A stretch of 64,000 bases of DNA, taken from the sequence record NC_048196.1; one strand, given 5' to 3'. Below are positions 63,423 through 64,000 of this stretch, in pieces. Each line of letters opens with the position of its first letter. Position 1 is the first letter of the stretch. The DNA comes from Escherichia phage vB_EcoM_Schickermooser. The translations under genes and the position numbers were made by a program. The notes below the pieces were generated by a model. That model was not told the origin of the DNA. It saw nothing but the letters and a program-made list of their open reading frames with translations, and did not search any database.

Positions 63423-64000
63423 CGTAATGACGCTTACACTTATTGCGCTGGCTTATTATTAGCATTATATGTAATTACCAAGATCATAACATTAGCGCAA
63501 TAACAATAATCATTGTAATAATTATGTAAGGAAATAATTAGCATGGCAATAATTATGGGGGCAATGGGAGGATGATTATCATCATTCCGATACATTGCAC
63601 ACTATGCACATAATAGAATAAAAGTCAATAATTTTGGGGGCGAAATGTTACCGCCACAGGCGGGAATGTTGAGCAAGTTCTCTTAAACGTAAATAAAATC
63701 AGAAAATTCTTGATTTATTTTAGTTTATATGTTAATAAACGTTTAAATAATAATCATTCTCATATAAATAATAGTCCGTCTGTCATGAGCGGGATTAGTT
63801 GACATTGTTCCGTCATATGATGAAGTTGCCAAACCATTGATAAATAAGTGTTTGTGTGATTTATAATCAAGTGGCCCACCTTGTCGCTACGTTGGCATGA
63901 GCCTTGCATAAGTCATTGAATACGAATGATAATTATTCTCATTCGCATGATATTTGGGAATTGTCGCTGCGTGGACCTGACGGCCCGAAAATTCGCGTTA

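Overview
This window reads as a fragment of a large lytic dsDNA phage of an enterobacterial-type host; all calls below are from reading motifs by eye, with no database search. Layout: (1) 26-7882, plus strand, three large fibre-like structural genes, one with collagen-like G-X-Y repeats, ending in a bidirectional terminator. (2) 7946-43132, minus strand, a long replication and nucleotide-metabolism block: SSB-like protein whose C-terminus copies the E. coli SSB tail, family A DNA polymerase, NPPF DNA methyltransferase, primase-helicase, four glycosyltransferase-like genes, SleB-like cell-wall hydrolase, anaerobic ribonucleotide reductase NrdD/NrdG, UvrD-like helicase and many small ORFs. Embedded at 20975-30881 is a Ter-like cluster (TerD, vWA/TerY-like, TelA-like, SprT-like, TerC, macro domain, PRTase, HAD), which I consider the most likely candidate for an undescribed phage-borne system. 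(3) 43133-43246 is a strand switch with divergent promoters. (4) 43247-49471, plus strand: small genes, a P-loop ATPase, a Cys-rich repeat protein and a NADAR-domain protein. (5) 49472-50650 is non-coding, with periodic A-rich repeats, three 22-bp iteron-like repeats and a GC-rich segment. (6) 50650-62790, plus strand: about 40 small genes (31-188 aa), most carried on a repeated ~75-bp cassette of sigma70-like promoter plus a conserved GC-rich 5' hairpin (consensus GTAGGGCGGCAATGGTGCCGCC), about 25 copies. (7) 62790-64000 is non-coding, A/C-skewed and palindrome-rich. No rRNA, tRNA or CRISPR array was found.
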